A DNA stretch of 64,000 nt from Minutocellus sp. GHC0000111 (taxonomy: Eukaryota): positions 1,612,001 through 1,676,000 of the forward strand of contig OZ361260.1 in the NCBI GenBank assembly GCA_977018835.1. Reading direction: 5' to 3'. This document shows, piece after piece, positions 41,466 through 52,520 of this stretch; position 1 is the stretch's first letter; each line of letters begins with the position of its first letter. The translations under genes were made by a program, and so were the position numbers. The notes beneath the pieces were generated by a model, which saw nothing but the letters and a program-made list of their open reading frames with translations, was not told the origin of the DNA and did no database searches.

Positions 41466-41833
41466 GTCGAAAATGCGCACCAAGCAAGCAAAAGGACTGA
41501 CACACCTGCAGCAAAAAAGATTCACTGAGAGAGAAAAGCGCCCACCATCTGTTGAATTACAAACTCACGGCACTTATCGACGGCGTTACCGCGCCGAAGA
41601 GAAAGCTTGATGCCATGTCATCGTCATGCAAGCTGCACGGATTATTGATTCTTGTTTCTCTCTGACATCACTTCTTCCCGCAAACCGCCACACGGCCCAC
41701 CAGTAATGCAAGCTGCTGGTAATGCAGCAAGCACATCTACGTAGCTACGTAGCTAGGTTCCTACGTGTACTGCATGTGCCTGCTAATGCTATCATAGTCA
41801 CCAAGACACGCCATGTATTATATTTTACCATTT

Positions 41834-42856
41834 CTATAGAGCGGCTGAGAATGCACTTTTCCTTGGAAAGAAGCACAGCCGTTGGATCCAATTTCCTCCT
41901 TCCCAATATGTAAAGCCATAATAAAAGAGTATCACCCCAAACAAATAGCCATTCGAGATCGCTCTGCGGTAGCCATGCATACGAGAGGATACATTAAGGT
42001 AACCAAAGTCAGGTAAGCCCATGTAGTTGCAGAAGGAATGACAAAGGACGACCGCAGGTATGGACCCAGTTCGAATAAACGCATGTGCTGCGTAGGCCCC
42101 AAAGAGCGAAGTATATGCAAATTGAAACAGCGTCATCATCAAAACCGATTTTGGATTCAACCCTTCTCGTATCTTGAGTACAGCATGGTGCAAATGCGCC
42201 AGGCCAAAGAACAAGGGAGCAGTCCATGCCGTGGCAACTGGGCTCAGACCTGACTTGAGCAATTGCATGACTATGCAACCACGAAACACAATCTCCTCGG
42301 CGAGTGGCGCCACCACCAAATCTCGTGCCTTGCCCCATTTGGACGACGATTCAGCTTCTCGAAAGAACGACATGGTAGGTTTGATTGCAATTTCTCGAAA
42401 TGCTTGAATGTATCCAATCGATTGCTTTCTGGGTGTGCAGGAGAAGGCACCTACAAAATGCGTCTTTGCCAAGTGAAGCCTTGCCAGTGCAGTCATGATC
42501 GGACCAAGATATAAGGTCATAACATGAAGCAATACTGCCAGATCCCTCCTTGTGTCCCAAGACCAACCGAGGTAGCGCAAGGCGTTGGTGGTGCCATTAA
42601 CCACCCTGCCGCCATCGTCACTACCGCAAAACAAGGTTGGGTACAGCAGAGACGCCACGAGACACGTCAAGAATACCAACACCATGCGCCATTTTATTTG
42701 CCGTTCGTCCTCCCTTGACAAGCGTCGGATATCCTTGGGGACAACGTAAAGGCCACCGACGAAGGCAGAGGAGAGGGCAATGCAATACACGGCCACGTAT
42801 GTAGGAGATGGGTTGGAATGATGACAAGACGAGAGGAGTGACGATGGGAAGCTCAT
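41834..42856 (-). CDS. RCE1: CAAX prenyl protease 2
   Basis: APLAEEIVFRGC, FFGLAHLHH, FQFAYTSLFG, HSFCNYMGLP. Confidence 0.93.
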   Translation of the reverse strand: MSFPSSLLSSCHHSNPSPTYVAVYCIALSSAFVGGLYVVPKDIRRLSREDERQIKWRMVLVFLTCLVASLLYPTLFCGSDDGGRVVNGTTNALRYLGWSWDTRRDLAVLLHVMTLYLGPIMTALARLHLAKTHFVGAFSCTPRKQSIGYIQAFREIAIKPTMSFFREAESSSKWGKARDLVVAPLAEEIVFRGCIVMQLLKSGLSPVATAWTAPLFFGLAHLHHAVLKIREGLNPKSVLMMTLFQFAYTSLFGAYAAHAFIRTGSIPAVVLCHSFCNYMGLPDFGYLNVSSRMHGYRRAISNGYLFGVILFYYGFTYWEGGNWIQRLCFFPRKSAFSAAL

Positions 42857-43179
42857 GTTGGTCAGCACGACGGCACGTTGCAATATTACTACGTAGTATT
42901 GTGATCGCCTCGCTAAACTTGTACAACAGCGTAGATAGCTACGTTAGCTTGTACTCGTCGCTGCGGGGGCACTTGAATATTTGATTCGACGCAGAGTAGT
43001 GGAGGAATAGTGGCGTGAGTGGGAAAGAAAATGAGATGAGGGGTCACTCTTTAGCAATCTGAAATCGTAACAACCACAAAAACTCCTTTTCCGCTTTTTC
43101 TGATCGCTCGATCGCTCGTGTCGATGTCGTCGCTCGCGGCTTTCAATCATCAACCGAAGGCGAATAAAAATTGGATAAA

Positions 43180-44120
43180 ATGGGTGGCACCAGCATTAGC
43201 AGCAGCCGAGATAACAGAATAACGCTAGTGGCAGCGGCCTCCTTTGCGGTGGGAGTGGTTGTTGCGTCGGTTATCTTCCGACAACGTGAGAAAAGGAGGC
43301 GAAAAGTCAGCCGTCTCAATGGTGAGTCGAGTCGAGAGTGCGAGAGTGTCAGGTGTGTGATCGAGGCTTTTATGAATGAAGGTAGCAACCCGTCGTTCGT
43401 TGGAGCGAAAGACCTGGCTCCGCGACAGGCACTTTGTTACGTTCGAGAGAGAACCGAAAGTCGAGTCAAGATTTCAAAGAGCCGCGTGATCTCTGATGTC
43501 AATTCGACTCCCTTCAATCTCTATCTCATGCATATCCCGCTGGAGCGACGGTGGAGGGCAATGATTTATCTCTATTTTATTCTTCCGACATCAAGTCGCT
43601 AACAACTACAACCGAAGAACAGAAATTGCTCCCGCATGACACATACGGGCAGATTGTACGCAATTCTGTTGTTTGCTGTGTAGATTGTCTAATCGTTCGA
43701 ACCAGCCCTATCTCGGGAGAGAAGGAATGCCTCTTAGTGGAACGGAGCTCGGAGCCTATCCGTGGTGTATGGTGGTTGCCGGGAGGGCGGATTTTCCGTG
43801 GCGAGACATTTTTTGATGCTGCGATTCGCAAAACGAGAGAAGAAACGGGGCTCAGTGGTGCTCGGCCAATTCAAATTTTGGGTTTTTGGAATTGCTTCTT
43901 CCCCACAAGCAATTGGGACACGGAGGAACAGCATGGAACGCAAACAGTACAGCCAGTTGTTTTGGTGGAACTCACGGAGGGCTCGGAAGTCTTATTGGAT
44001 GATACTTCGGAAAGGTACCGATGGATTTCATTGGAACCCGACCTTGCTGTAAAGAACGAAGAAGACAAGTACGTCGTGGAAGTTCTTCGTAGGCTCAAGG
44101 CCTGGGCTTTGGCCTCTTGA
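43180..44120 (+). CDS. Nudix hydrolase (GDP-mannose mannosyl hydrolase-like) with N-terminal TM; intron about 43322-43545
   Basis: WWLPGGRIFRGETFFDAAIRKTREETGL Nudix box; GTGAGT donor joins in frame, though the acceptor (GAG) is uncertain. Confidence 0.82.
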
Positions 44121-44253
44121 AAATTTTTGGCGTCGTGCAGTAAGTACTACATGCCAATTGCGGCTAGCTAGCGACAATCATAGAGACATGAACAAATTGC
44201 CAATAATAACTATCTCTATAGAACGCCATTTCCATTTAGAAATCAAACATTGC

Positions 44254-44712
44254 TCACGAAGAAGGCAACATCGTCATGAGCATATCAGTAATATCCTCTC
44301 GCTTGAAGCCTCGAAGCGAAACCTCCTCATCCGGTTCACTGGACTTGGTGCTGGTCTTGTAGAAATGAATGGTCGGAGGGGCGATGCGCATGCCACCGAA
44401 CAATGCCGCGAAGCCACCCATGTTGAACTGATTGTCATTCTCCACCTTCTCCAGAACGAATGCCTTTGACCCTTTCGCTTTTGTAACGTCTCCTTTGTCT
44501 TCGTTGAGAAAGTTTTGAACCTCGTCGTAACTACCGAGGCTCTCTGGGTCGTAGCGGAGTACAGCCAACTTATACCGACCGACAAATCCGGACGATGTTG
44601 CATCTGGATTGACCACGGGATCCGGTCGAAATTTCTGACAACACTGCAAGCATTCGGTTTCGAACTGAGCGATCGGATTTGGGCCAAAAGGCTGCTCAAG
44701 AAGTAATTCAGA
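44254..44712 (-). pseudogene. Sep15/SELENOF-like thioredoxin-fold protein, 5'-truncated
   Basis: ECLQCCQ...RYKLAVLRYD..L.SYDEVQNFL...EVSLRGFKREDI; no upstream ATG or signal peptide in frame. Confidence 0.55.
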
Positions 44713-45554
44713 AGCTGATATCGAGTCTGAATTCCATCAATTTTGACAACAAAGTTCTTTTCAGTCGCTTTGCGAAGAAGGACGAGCGAACCGAGTCCAT
44801 GAAAAAGCGACACGAGGATGCCATTGCGTCGTTGGAAGCTTTGGGAGAGATACAAAAAGAGACGCACGCTTCTCTCGGCTTTATGCAAACAGAGCTGGCT
44901 GAACGCCTTGCTTTGTTGGAATGGAACAAGGAAAAGGCAGACATTGCTGGTAATGCCTCTGGAACTTCCTTTACGACAGCCGACGGCAAGAATATTGTGG
45001 ACACAATGGATGATGCCGAACGAATACACATGGAAGCGAAGGATCGCCTCAATACCATTCGCGATGACATCAGGTCAAACCTCATTAGTTCCACAGACAA
45101 CGAATCCGTTCACTCTAAGATGACGAGTGCAACAACCGCTTCAGCCGATGACGACGAAGATGAAGTGTTTCGACTTGAAGAAGAAATTTCATCCAAGGAT
45201 GAAAAGATTGAAAGTCTGCAATCAACGGCAGAGAAGCTAACTGAGCAAATCGCATCGTTGAAGAAGGAACTAGCAGACACCGAAGGGATGGGCGAAAGAG
45301 ATAAGACAAAGGCCATTGATACTATTGAACGGCTGCAGAAAAAAGTTCAAGAGGCAGTCGTTGTTTCGAAAGAGCGAGAAGAGAAGATATCTAATTTACA
45401 GGCTACCCTTCAAGAAAAGAAAGAAAACGAGGACGCATTAGAGTCAGAGCTTGATGCCATCACGGAAGAGGCACCGCAATCGCAGATAAATTCCGACTCT
45501 GATGATATGCCCGACGAAGACTTGCCCGCAGCGCTTGATCATGTTGGGTTGTAG
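44697..45554 (+). CDS. Coiled-coil protein, probably 5'-truncated (first ATG 44799)
   Basis: Heptad-rich E/K ORF that is open upstream of its first ATG back to the junction with the minus-strand gene. Confidence 0.55.
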   Translation, partial: QEVIQKLISSLNSINFDNKVLFSRFAKKDERTESMKKRHEDAIASLEALGEIQKETHASLGFMQTELAERLALLEWNKEKADIAGNASGTSFTTADGKNIVDTMDDAERIHMEAKDRLNTIRDDIRSNLISSTDNESVHSKMTSATTASADDDEDEVFRLEEEISSKDEKIESLQSTAEKLTEQIASLKKELADTEGMGERDKTKAIDTIERLQKKVQEAVVVSKEREEKISNLQATLQEKKENEDALESELDAITEEAPQSQINSDSDDMPDEDLPAALDHVGL

Positions 45555-45603
45555 TTTTGTAATTTTTCAGCAATCGCAATCACAATCGCAAGTAAATGAA
45601 TCG

Positions 45604-47289
45604 TTATGCTTTGGCTTCTATCATAAGTTTTCTCGCCGCGTCCAGCCCGGTGCGTATATTGTTTCCCTTGCCTTGGAATTTTCCAGAGCGTCCACCTCCA
45701 CATCCCTCAAGAGCAGCGGCAACATCCTTACCAATTTTTCCAACCAACATCTCATCGCCCACAAGCAGGAAACTCCCTTCCTCACCACTTTCACTCCCAC
45801 CAATCAGCAGAAGCAAAATGCTACCACTTGATTCCAAAACGGTATTCGCCAATATAGTCTTGAACTGCATGTCAGAGCCACCAACATCTACGGCAGCCAC
45901 GCCACCATTTGCATCTAGCGAACCAATAATTTCCCTGGCTTGGAAGGCACATATTTTCTCATTGAGCTTTTGAATTTCTCGCTCCTTCTCTTTCTTATCG
46001 TCGACAATGGCCTGAACGCGAGGCACAATTTCGGATTCCATGCAAGAAAAAATGTTTGTAATATCATCTTCACGCTTGTAGGCGGCATTCATTATGTTCA
46101 TCAGCCGCTTCCCGGCGGCAAAATAGACTCGAAGGACATTACTATTTTGCCGATCCAACCGGAAAAATTTAATAATCTGGAGCTGTCCTAACGATTGGAC
46201 ATGGGTTCCACCGCATGTGTTTTGGTCAACCATGGTATTTCCATCTCCAATCTCAACAAGGCGTATTTTTCCAGTAACACCTTCCGGGAGGAGACGGCTT
46301 CGTACTTCACCACTTTCCTTTGCCTTCTTCAAATCTTCCTCCTCCAAATATCTTGTCGTCATGGGAAGATTGAGCCTGATGTTTTCATTGACCATTTGTT
46401 CGATGCGCATCACGTTTGCTTTGTGGATGTCGGTATCAATTTCCGTCTCGACCAATAAATCAACATATGAAATGTCAGATTTCGTCGAGAGGCTGAAGCT
46501 ATGAGTATTATAGCCGAAGGGTTCCGACAAAGCCACGGCGCTGATGAGATGCTGTGCCGAGTGCTGGGACATTAGATCGAACCTCCTATCCCAATCCAGC
46601 TCTTGGTCGATGACAGCGCCATCGGATTCGAGAGCTTCCACAATCCGCTCTTGATCATCGGTGGGCAGCGGGCACGTCAGCAGGCATACCTGGTTCAGGC
46701 CGTTCACCTCGGTCACCGACAATGCGATTTCATCAGACGAGCCTGGTGTTTTCACCACAATCTTGCCAGTATCAAATGGCTGTCCACCTCCTTCGGGGTA
46801 GAGGATGCTATCTGACAGTGCTACTAGTAGGACAAGCCGAGGGCCCGTGGTTGCAGAGATTCCACCGTCTTCGATAGTGCCGCCCTTGTTTTTGGTATTC
46901 TTGCCTCCCTTCTTCTTCTTTGTGGTCTGTTCAGTCTCCTCGTAGACGGCATACGCAAGCGGCTTTGTACCGCCAAGCGTTGTCTGAAAGCTGTTGCGTT
47001 GACATGCAAGCTCTCCACACTTGGTGATATCATCGTCTCTTTTCGTCGAGACCGACTCAGCCACAAATGCACGGGCGTCCTTGGTTGACGTAAATACCGA
47101 TGGAGATGAAGTCACCATGTTGGTTGTGCTCAAATGCCGTCCGTCGGATTGCGTGAAGAAGAGATGGCCCGAGGAATGGCGAACTGGAAACAAAGACAGC
47201 GACGGCTGAAAAGCGAATGCAGAGAGCAATGGTGCAACAATAGAGATGCCGCCGAGCCGGAGACCGAGCTTGGCCGCAGGACGGTACAT
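45604..47289 (-). CDS. AARSD1: Alanyl-tRNA editing protein AlaX (AARSD1-like) with organellar presequence
   Basis: ILYPEGGGQPFDTG, MSQHSAQHLISA, NTCGGTHV, GGGRSGKFQGK. Confidence 0.9.
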   Translation of the reverse strand: MYRPAAKLGLRLGGISIVAPLLSAFAFQPSLSLFPVRHSSGHLFFTQSDGRHLSTTNMVTSSPSVFTSTKDARAFVAESVSTKRDDDITKCGELACQRNSFQTTLGGTKPLAYAVYEETEQTTKKKKGGKNTKNKGGTIEDGGISATTGPRLVLLVALSDSILYPEGGGQPFDTGKIVVKTPGSSDEIALSVTEVNGLNQVCLLTCPLPTDDQERIVEALESDGAVIDQELDWDRRFDLMSQHSAQHLISAVALSEPFGYNTHSFSLSTKSDISYVDLLVETEIDTDIHKANVMRIEQMVNENIRLNLPMTTRYLEEEDLKKAKESGEVRSRLLPEGVTGKIRLVEIGDGNTMVDQNTCGGTHVQSLGQLQIIKFFRLDRQNSNVLRVYFAAGKRLMNIMNAAYKREDDITNIFSCMESEIVPRVQAIVDDKKEKEREIQKLNEKICAFQAREIIGSLDANGGVAAVDVGGSDMQFKTILANTVLESSGSILLLLIGGSESGEEGSFLLVGDEMLVGKIGKDVAAALEGCGGGRSGKFQGKGNNIRTGLDAARKLMIEAKA

Positions 47290-47388
47290 GACCTTCTTTG
47301 CTTCGGGAAGTGAGGAAGTGTGAGGTGGTAGCTATGGTATCTCTGTCCAAAGTAACCCGGCATTCGGCACCTGCTAAACAATCAATAA

Positions 47389-50300
47389 CACAGGTCCACG
47401 ACGCATCTCTGAAATCTATGATGAATTCGGGGTAAAGTTTTTCAAAAGAAACCCGGAAATTCCATTTATCTCGGGGACTGTGCCATTTTCCACCCATAAC
47501 CGACTACTACATTCCATGCCCCAGACGACCACCAAGACGATATACAACCACCATGCCCACCTCAGTATCTCTTCTTCATGTATGTGCCTTGTCTCGTGGG
47601 CCCTCGTTCCGAGCCTCCAATTCCTGAAACTCGCGAAAATCGACTTTCGGCTCATGCCATCGGCCGACCTCGACCTCCACCACGGCTACAATTGCAGAGA
47701 AAAGTAACAGTGACATCGAGTTGATGAGAGATTGCCAACATTTGACGGCTTGATAGGACGGTTTGATGTAAGCACGGGGCGATGGTATGTCAGTGTTATT
47801 GAGTTTGCACGCACAGCAGCCCGAAAATGCCGACGCCCTCCAAAAATTCAACAATCTGATTTCGTTGCAAAACCGGCTCTCAATATCGATATGGCTGCAG
47901 ATGGGAACCAAGCCAGTATGGGGCACATTACAACGTTGGATATTTCTCTCCCGTAACATTACCGCGGCGATCGATGTGCTTACGAGGCGGGTTGGGTGTT
48001 AGGAAGTGGACCATTTTGTTGTGGCTTTGTGGATTTGCAGAAAATTTTCCGGTGTTGTGACAAGCGCCAAAATCAGATGAGGTATGATATTTGTTGAAAT
48101 TGAACCCTGGGATACTGATTCTCGTTCAATCCTGCCAAGGTATGTACTAAAGAGTGGAAGTGCATGTGTTGATTGTACAGTTTGTGTTGGCAACCCATTG
48201 CATTCGCACACAATGACAAGTAAATCCAGAACTTCCAGATTCTCATCAGCTTCTCCACCGCGATACCAGTTTCTCAATGGGTATACCTATCCACGCCAAA
48301 TCGACGATACCAAGGCTTCCACTCGGACGATATGTACCCACGCTAAGATTCGATAGCATTTTTTTAGCGATTGGGTTGATAGTTCGGCCAAACCACATCA
48401 TGTTGTAATTTTTGGAGGGTAAGTTGTATTGTTCTGGAAGGTCAAAAAAACCAACACGACGGTAGTTTGGGTCCATGCGCGCCCAGTCACTACATGAGTA
48501 CCTTGTGCCCGCCTACATATGGTATGAGGTGGCCCATTGATGGAAAGTTTCGCGGTTTTGCTGCATAAATTGGCTATTTTATGACTATCTGAATGCTTCG
48601 TGGAGGTCAACGCCAGATTTTGCGGGGTGCCGAGTCAAAATTCTAATGTTGATACTGAACATCAATCAACCACGACTACTGCATCGGAAGGGTATCAAAC
48701 GACGACCCTTGATATACCCGAGCGACGTACATGCTCATGACATTTCATTTGTACCGGTGTGGAAAGTTATGGAGGCGAATCGATTTGAAAATTCGAAGAT
48801 TTTATCGCGAATCTCGGTGGTCGTCGACCTCCATGAAGGAACATGGCTTATAGACCAACAAAAAATCACGAACTCAATAACAGTCTCATAGAGCCTCATC
48901 AGATTACATATCCAATGGAATTTTATGGGTAGTAGCTGAAGTAGAATTGCTCGCTTCACTAATTATAGATGTTATTAACATCTGAGAGTGCGGTGGGACC
49001 CTGCGGTGGCCTCTTTGCCACCACTACAGATGATTATGGTTTCTAAACTTCATAGAGTTAACAACCATACACCATCTATCTAAATTTACCTTCTTCTATA
49101 CATATATAATGGAACTAGAGCTTATAGAATACTCTTGGTTACGTTGACATGCCAATTTATCATCTTCCTCGGTCAGGAAGGTTGACCTCTTACAATGTTG
49201 CTGAGGGCCCCATAAAAATTGAATGCCATCAATAAATTGCCGCCGATTTCTTGCAGCAACCCGACGAAAGTCATCAAAAGCCGAAAGATATAGAATGCCA
49301 GGAGGCAACTGCATGAAAGTGGTTGCAAGTTTGCATGCATGAGACGAAAAGTATGAATTTCATGTCTGGAATTCGAGGGGCCTCCGGTTCCAGCCCGTTT
49401 CACCAAAACATTCCATGTGTGCCAAGAAGACATGATACCTGCCCCCGTTCTTCACCACCAGGCAATTTCCAACGCCCTCATATATGTAGGTATCTGATAC
49501 AACCAATAGGTTCATGAAAAGAGTCTCCAGATCCACACCATCGGCACCAATGAGTCCAATTGAGGCACAAAATTCAACCTCCACCAGCACAAAAATTTAC
49601 TGCATTGACCCCCATCAACGAATTTCATGTCCTATTCAACGATGGATTGCTTTGATATCGCCCAATGTATCCACATGAAGGTTCCAACGCCTAAAATCGC
49701 CGGTTGGGGTGATTTTCAAGCCAACGAACCACCTCAAGGTCGTCGCCAGTGTCGTTCAATGATCGCCCCATCGGTGCGGCAGCTTCACAGGCAAAAGATG
49801 TGCCAAGAACATGCGATCCACAACACGTTTTCCTCCAAATCCATCCATCATATACTACTGGGACAGGAAACAAAAAAACATGTTGTGGACAGCGGTCCAT
49901 TCGATGGTTCCAGCCACCATCGTAACCCAGCGGTGTCCACCACACATTCTGACCACGCGTCATTTAGCGCCGACGACAGTAGGTGTTTGAGGGACGTCAT
50001 GCCGAATTTCGCGCAGCCAAATCGCCCTGGCACGAACCACTGATACAATATACGTCAGTGGATGGGCTGTGCTTGGTCTGCCTGGCCTTTTGGATCGATT
50101 GGGGCGCGATCCATCTCATAGGGGCCTACAATCGCCGTCTTGCGGGGGGTGGTAAGTGAAATGGCGAAACATGTGCCAAAAATGTGCGATCTACAACACG
50201 TTTTCCGCCGAAACCCTCCCTTACATATAGTTCGAGCATGTTATAAAAAAACGTGTTTTGGTCAGCGGTCAGTTTGGAAGATACGATAAGCTTCGTCAGG

Positions 50301-50449
50301 CAGCGGCAATCACCATTTTTGTTAGGAGTTTTACGCGGTGATGCGTTCGGCGATGGCCGAAAAAACGGTTCCCCCCTAAATTTTTTTCTTTTTCCCGACG
50401 ATTTTCCCTTCTATTTCAGTTTTCAAAAACTCCATTTCGTGGAACCGTG
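47389..50449. mobile_element. Decayed TIR DNA transposon with CAC..GTG ends and 4-bp TSD (Chapaev- or piggyBac-like termini; family not assigned)
   Basis: TIR CACAGGTCCACGA (47389-47401) vs reverse complement CACGGTTCCACGA (50437-50449); ATAA immediately flanks both ends; AT-richer interior with only broken ORFs. Confidence 0.65.
49797..50276. repeat. Diverged direct repeat of about 105 bp (about 49797-49903 and 50170-50276), each copy with an internal stem-loop
   Basis: ATGTGCCAA.AA..TGCGATC.ACAACACGTTTTCC ... AAAAAAAC.TGTT.TGG.CAGCGGTC occurs in both copies. Confidence 0.75.
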
Positions 50450-50472
50450 ATAAATGGGCTAGCAGATCTACT

Positions 50473-51870
50473 TCAATACGAATTAGGACTACAATCCAAC
50501 AAAAAATCGACAGGAGACTCCAAATCATTTTGGCTACACCAAGGTGCCTCATTCGCATACCGAAGAGCCTCAGCCTCCATCACACTTGCATCCATTTTAT
50601 CGCCAGAGATATGTGAGAGTTTTGGCATGTGGCTCATAATTTCTCTCGGAGAATCAACATTCATAAATCTCGCAAGCTCATCGATGTCTGTTGGGTTGAT
50701 TGTATCCGTATCGTTTTGAAATTTCAGGGTAAATATCTCCATGTCTCTGCCACCTTTCTGGCTCTTTAGAAACATGCGCCATCTCGTTTCCACCTCGTCA
50801 ACAAACCAAATGTGCTGCATAAAGACGGTCCAACCATCCCAAACATCTCGACTTGGTTTGAGGATTGACATTTCATCCCATGGGCATACTACGACGCCCT
50901 TTTTGCTGAAACAAGGATCAGGTCTATTCCCACCACTGTCTTGCGCAAAGCTTCGGGCGACGTTGATTCGTTTTCGTCGTATTCGTACCCACTTCAAATC
51001 GAATTCTTTCGATAGCGCTTTGTGATAGGTCGAAAGGTCGTAAAAAATGTGCGTATGACCGAATTTCACCATCTGATTGAGCCCATCTTTTTGTCCAAAA
51101 TATTTCACGATTTTTGCCAGCCTCGGTATTCGACTATCGGCCAAATAACGCTCCAATTCTGTCGTATTGCCGTGCCTATTCAAGTCCTTGAGTTCCAATC
51201 GTTTCGGGTCGTCCTTGTAGACTCGCTTCGGATCCACCTTTGCATGGCAGTGCCCATTGAATCGATGGAAGCACGTCGTATCAATATCAAGATCGACCAT
51301 AAGAATCGTTGGAAGGAACCGATCAATCCCAATGTGTTGTTGATACTGCGATAGAGAAAGATTCGCCGCCTTCGTGTATGGGCCAAGGTACAGATTGTCT
51401 TCATTCCAGTAGAGAGATGTTGCGTGATGCTGTTCACCCACTTGCATTTGCGATTGCACATGATGGTATCGACTAGATGGAAGGGCCGACGATACAGCAT
51501 TGGTCATGAATATCTCAGTCAGAAAGCGTGTTCCGCAGTGGCCGGGGCTGTAGAACCGCACAAATGTTGGCCGGTGAGGTGCACCATCACTTATGCCAGA
51601 TTTTTGAGATGAGAACACGAGGTTTGACGTCGATGCAATGGCGAGCGATACCGACACCGCAATCGTGGCAAGTAGCAGACATCGCGGCGCTTTGTTATTG
51701 TGGGGAATATCTTCTCTCGCGATCGCTGCGTGGTTGTCTCGGTCGTCAATCCCATCTCCGGCCTCTGATGTCAGTGGTTGGAGCTCGATTGCTGAATTGT
51801 AGGAATCATCATTCGATATGGAGGCGACTGCATCCGCTGTCACGGAAAAGTCGACGTGAGAGCAATACAT
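50473..51870 (-). CDS. Type II membrane protein with a sulfotransferase-like P-loop
   Basis: TM at LLLATIAVSVSLAIA; FYSPGHCGTRFLTEIF; WVRIRRKRINVARSF. Confidence 0.6.
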   Translation of the reverse strand: MYCSHVDFSVTADAVASISNDDSYNSAIELQPLTSEAGDGIDDRDNHAAIAREDIPHNNKAPRCLLLATIAVSVSLAIASTSNLVFSSQKSGISDGAPHRPTFVRFYSPGHCGTRFLTEIFMTNAVSSALPSSRYHHVQSQMQVGEQHHATSLYWNEDNLYLGPYTKAANLSLSQYQQHIGIDRFLPTILMVDLDIDTTCFHRFNGHCHAKVDPKRVYKDDPKRLELKDLNRHGNTTELERYLADSRIPRLAKIVKYFGQKDGLNQMVKFGHTHIFYDLSTYHKALSKEFDLKWVRIRRKRINVARSFAQDSGGNRPDPCFSKKGVVVCPWDEMSILKPSRDVWDGWTVFMQHIWFVDEVETRWRMFLKSQKGGRDMEIFTLKFQNDTDTINPTDIDELARFMNVDSPREIMSHMPKLSHISGDKMDASVMEAEALRYANEAPWCSQNDLESPVDFLLDCSPNSY

Positions 51871-52520
51871 CGGAGTGTATCAGCGTGCGATTAGCGCACC
51901 ATGTTTATAATCGCTCCTAACGCAATGCACTGGCCTCTTGCACTCAATGATTGGCGCATCAATGGCTGGGCGCATCCAACCACGTTTCTCTCCGACGACT
52001 TGACTTGACTTCATTCATCCGCCTTCCTGCTGCTGCTTCAGTGGGCAGCGACTTGGGGTCCACGTGCATACGAACCAGGACGTCGATGTCGGGGGGGGGG
52101 GGTGGCAGGGTAGATGTAGCGATGGCGGCTTGGAGAGCAGAAAAAGCTGGCCAGCGGCAAGAGAGAAAAGGGAACCTCAATTTTTAATTTTAGTTTGCCG
52201 AACCCTTTTTAGACACAAATAAGCCCGGAGGATTAGTCGCCAATGACACATTGCATACACGTACAGCTGTACATGTACAGCTGTATGCATGATGTGATGA
52301 AAAAGACGCATGAAATTAAAAATGTACTTGTAAATTTTGGGTGCAATGCTGAAAGGAGAGAGAGAGGAGCGTGCGTTCGTTATTGGCTACGGAGCGGCTA
52401 TCCACAGGCAGCGAGCGCTCGCATGGATGCGGCAGTTCGTCAATCATTGCATACATAATGTGCAGACACACAAGTAAGGCCAATCTCTCATGAAATGTGA
52501 TCTGACTTCCCTCGATCATG

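Noticed and set aside
44254..44700. Selenocysteine or SECIS in the SELENOF-like gene
   Set aside because: No in-frame TGA at the redox position and no convincing SECIS seen.
47940..48000. TET/JBP-like HxD in KHIDRRGN
   Set aside because: A three-residue match in a broken frame; no other dioxygenase motifs recognisable.
52091..52102. Poly-G run as a regulatory G-quadruplex
   Set aside because: Simple homopolymer with no supporting context.
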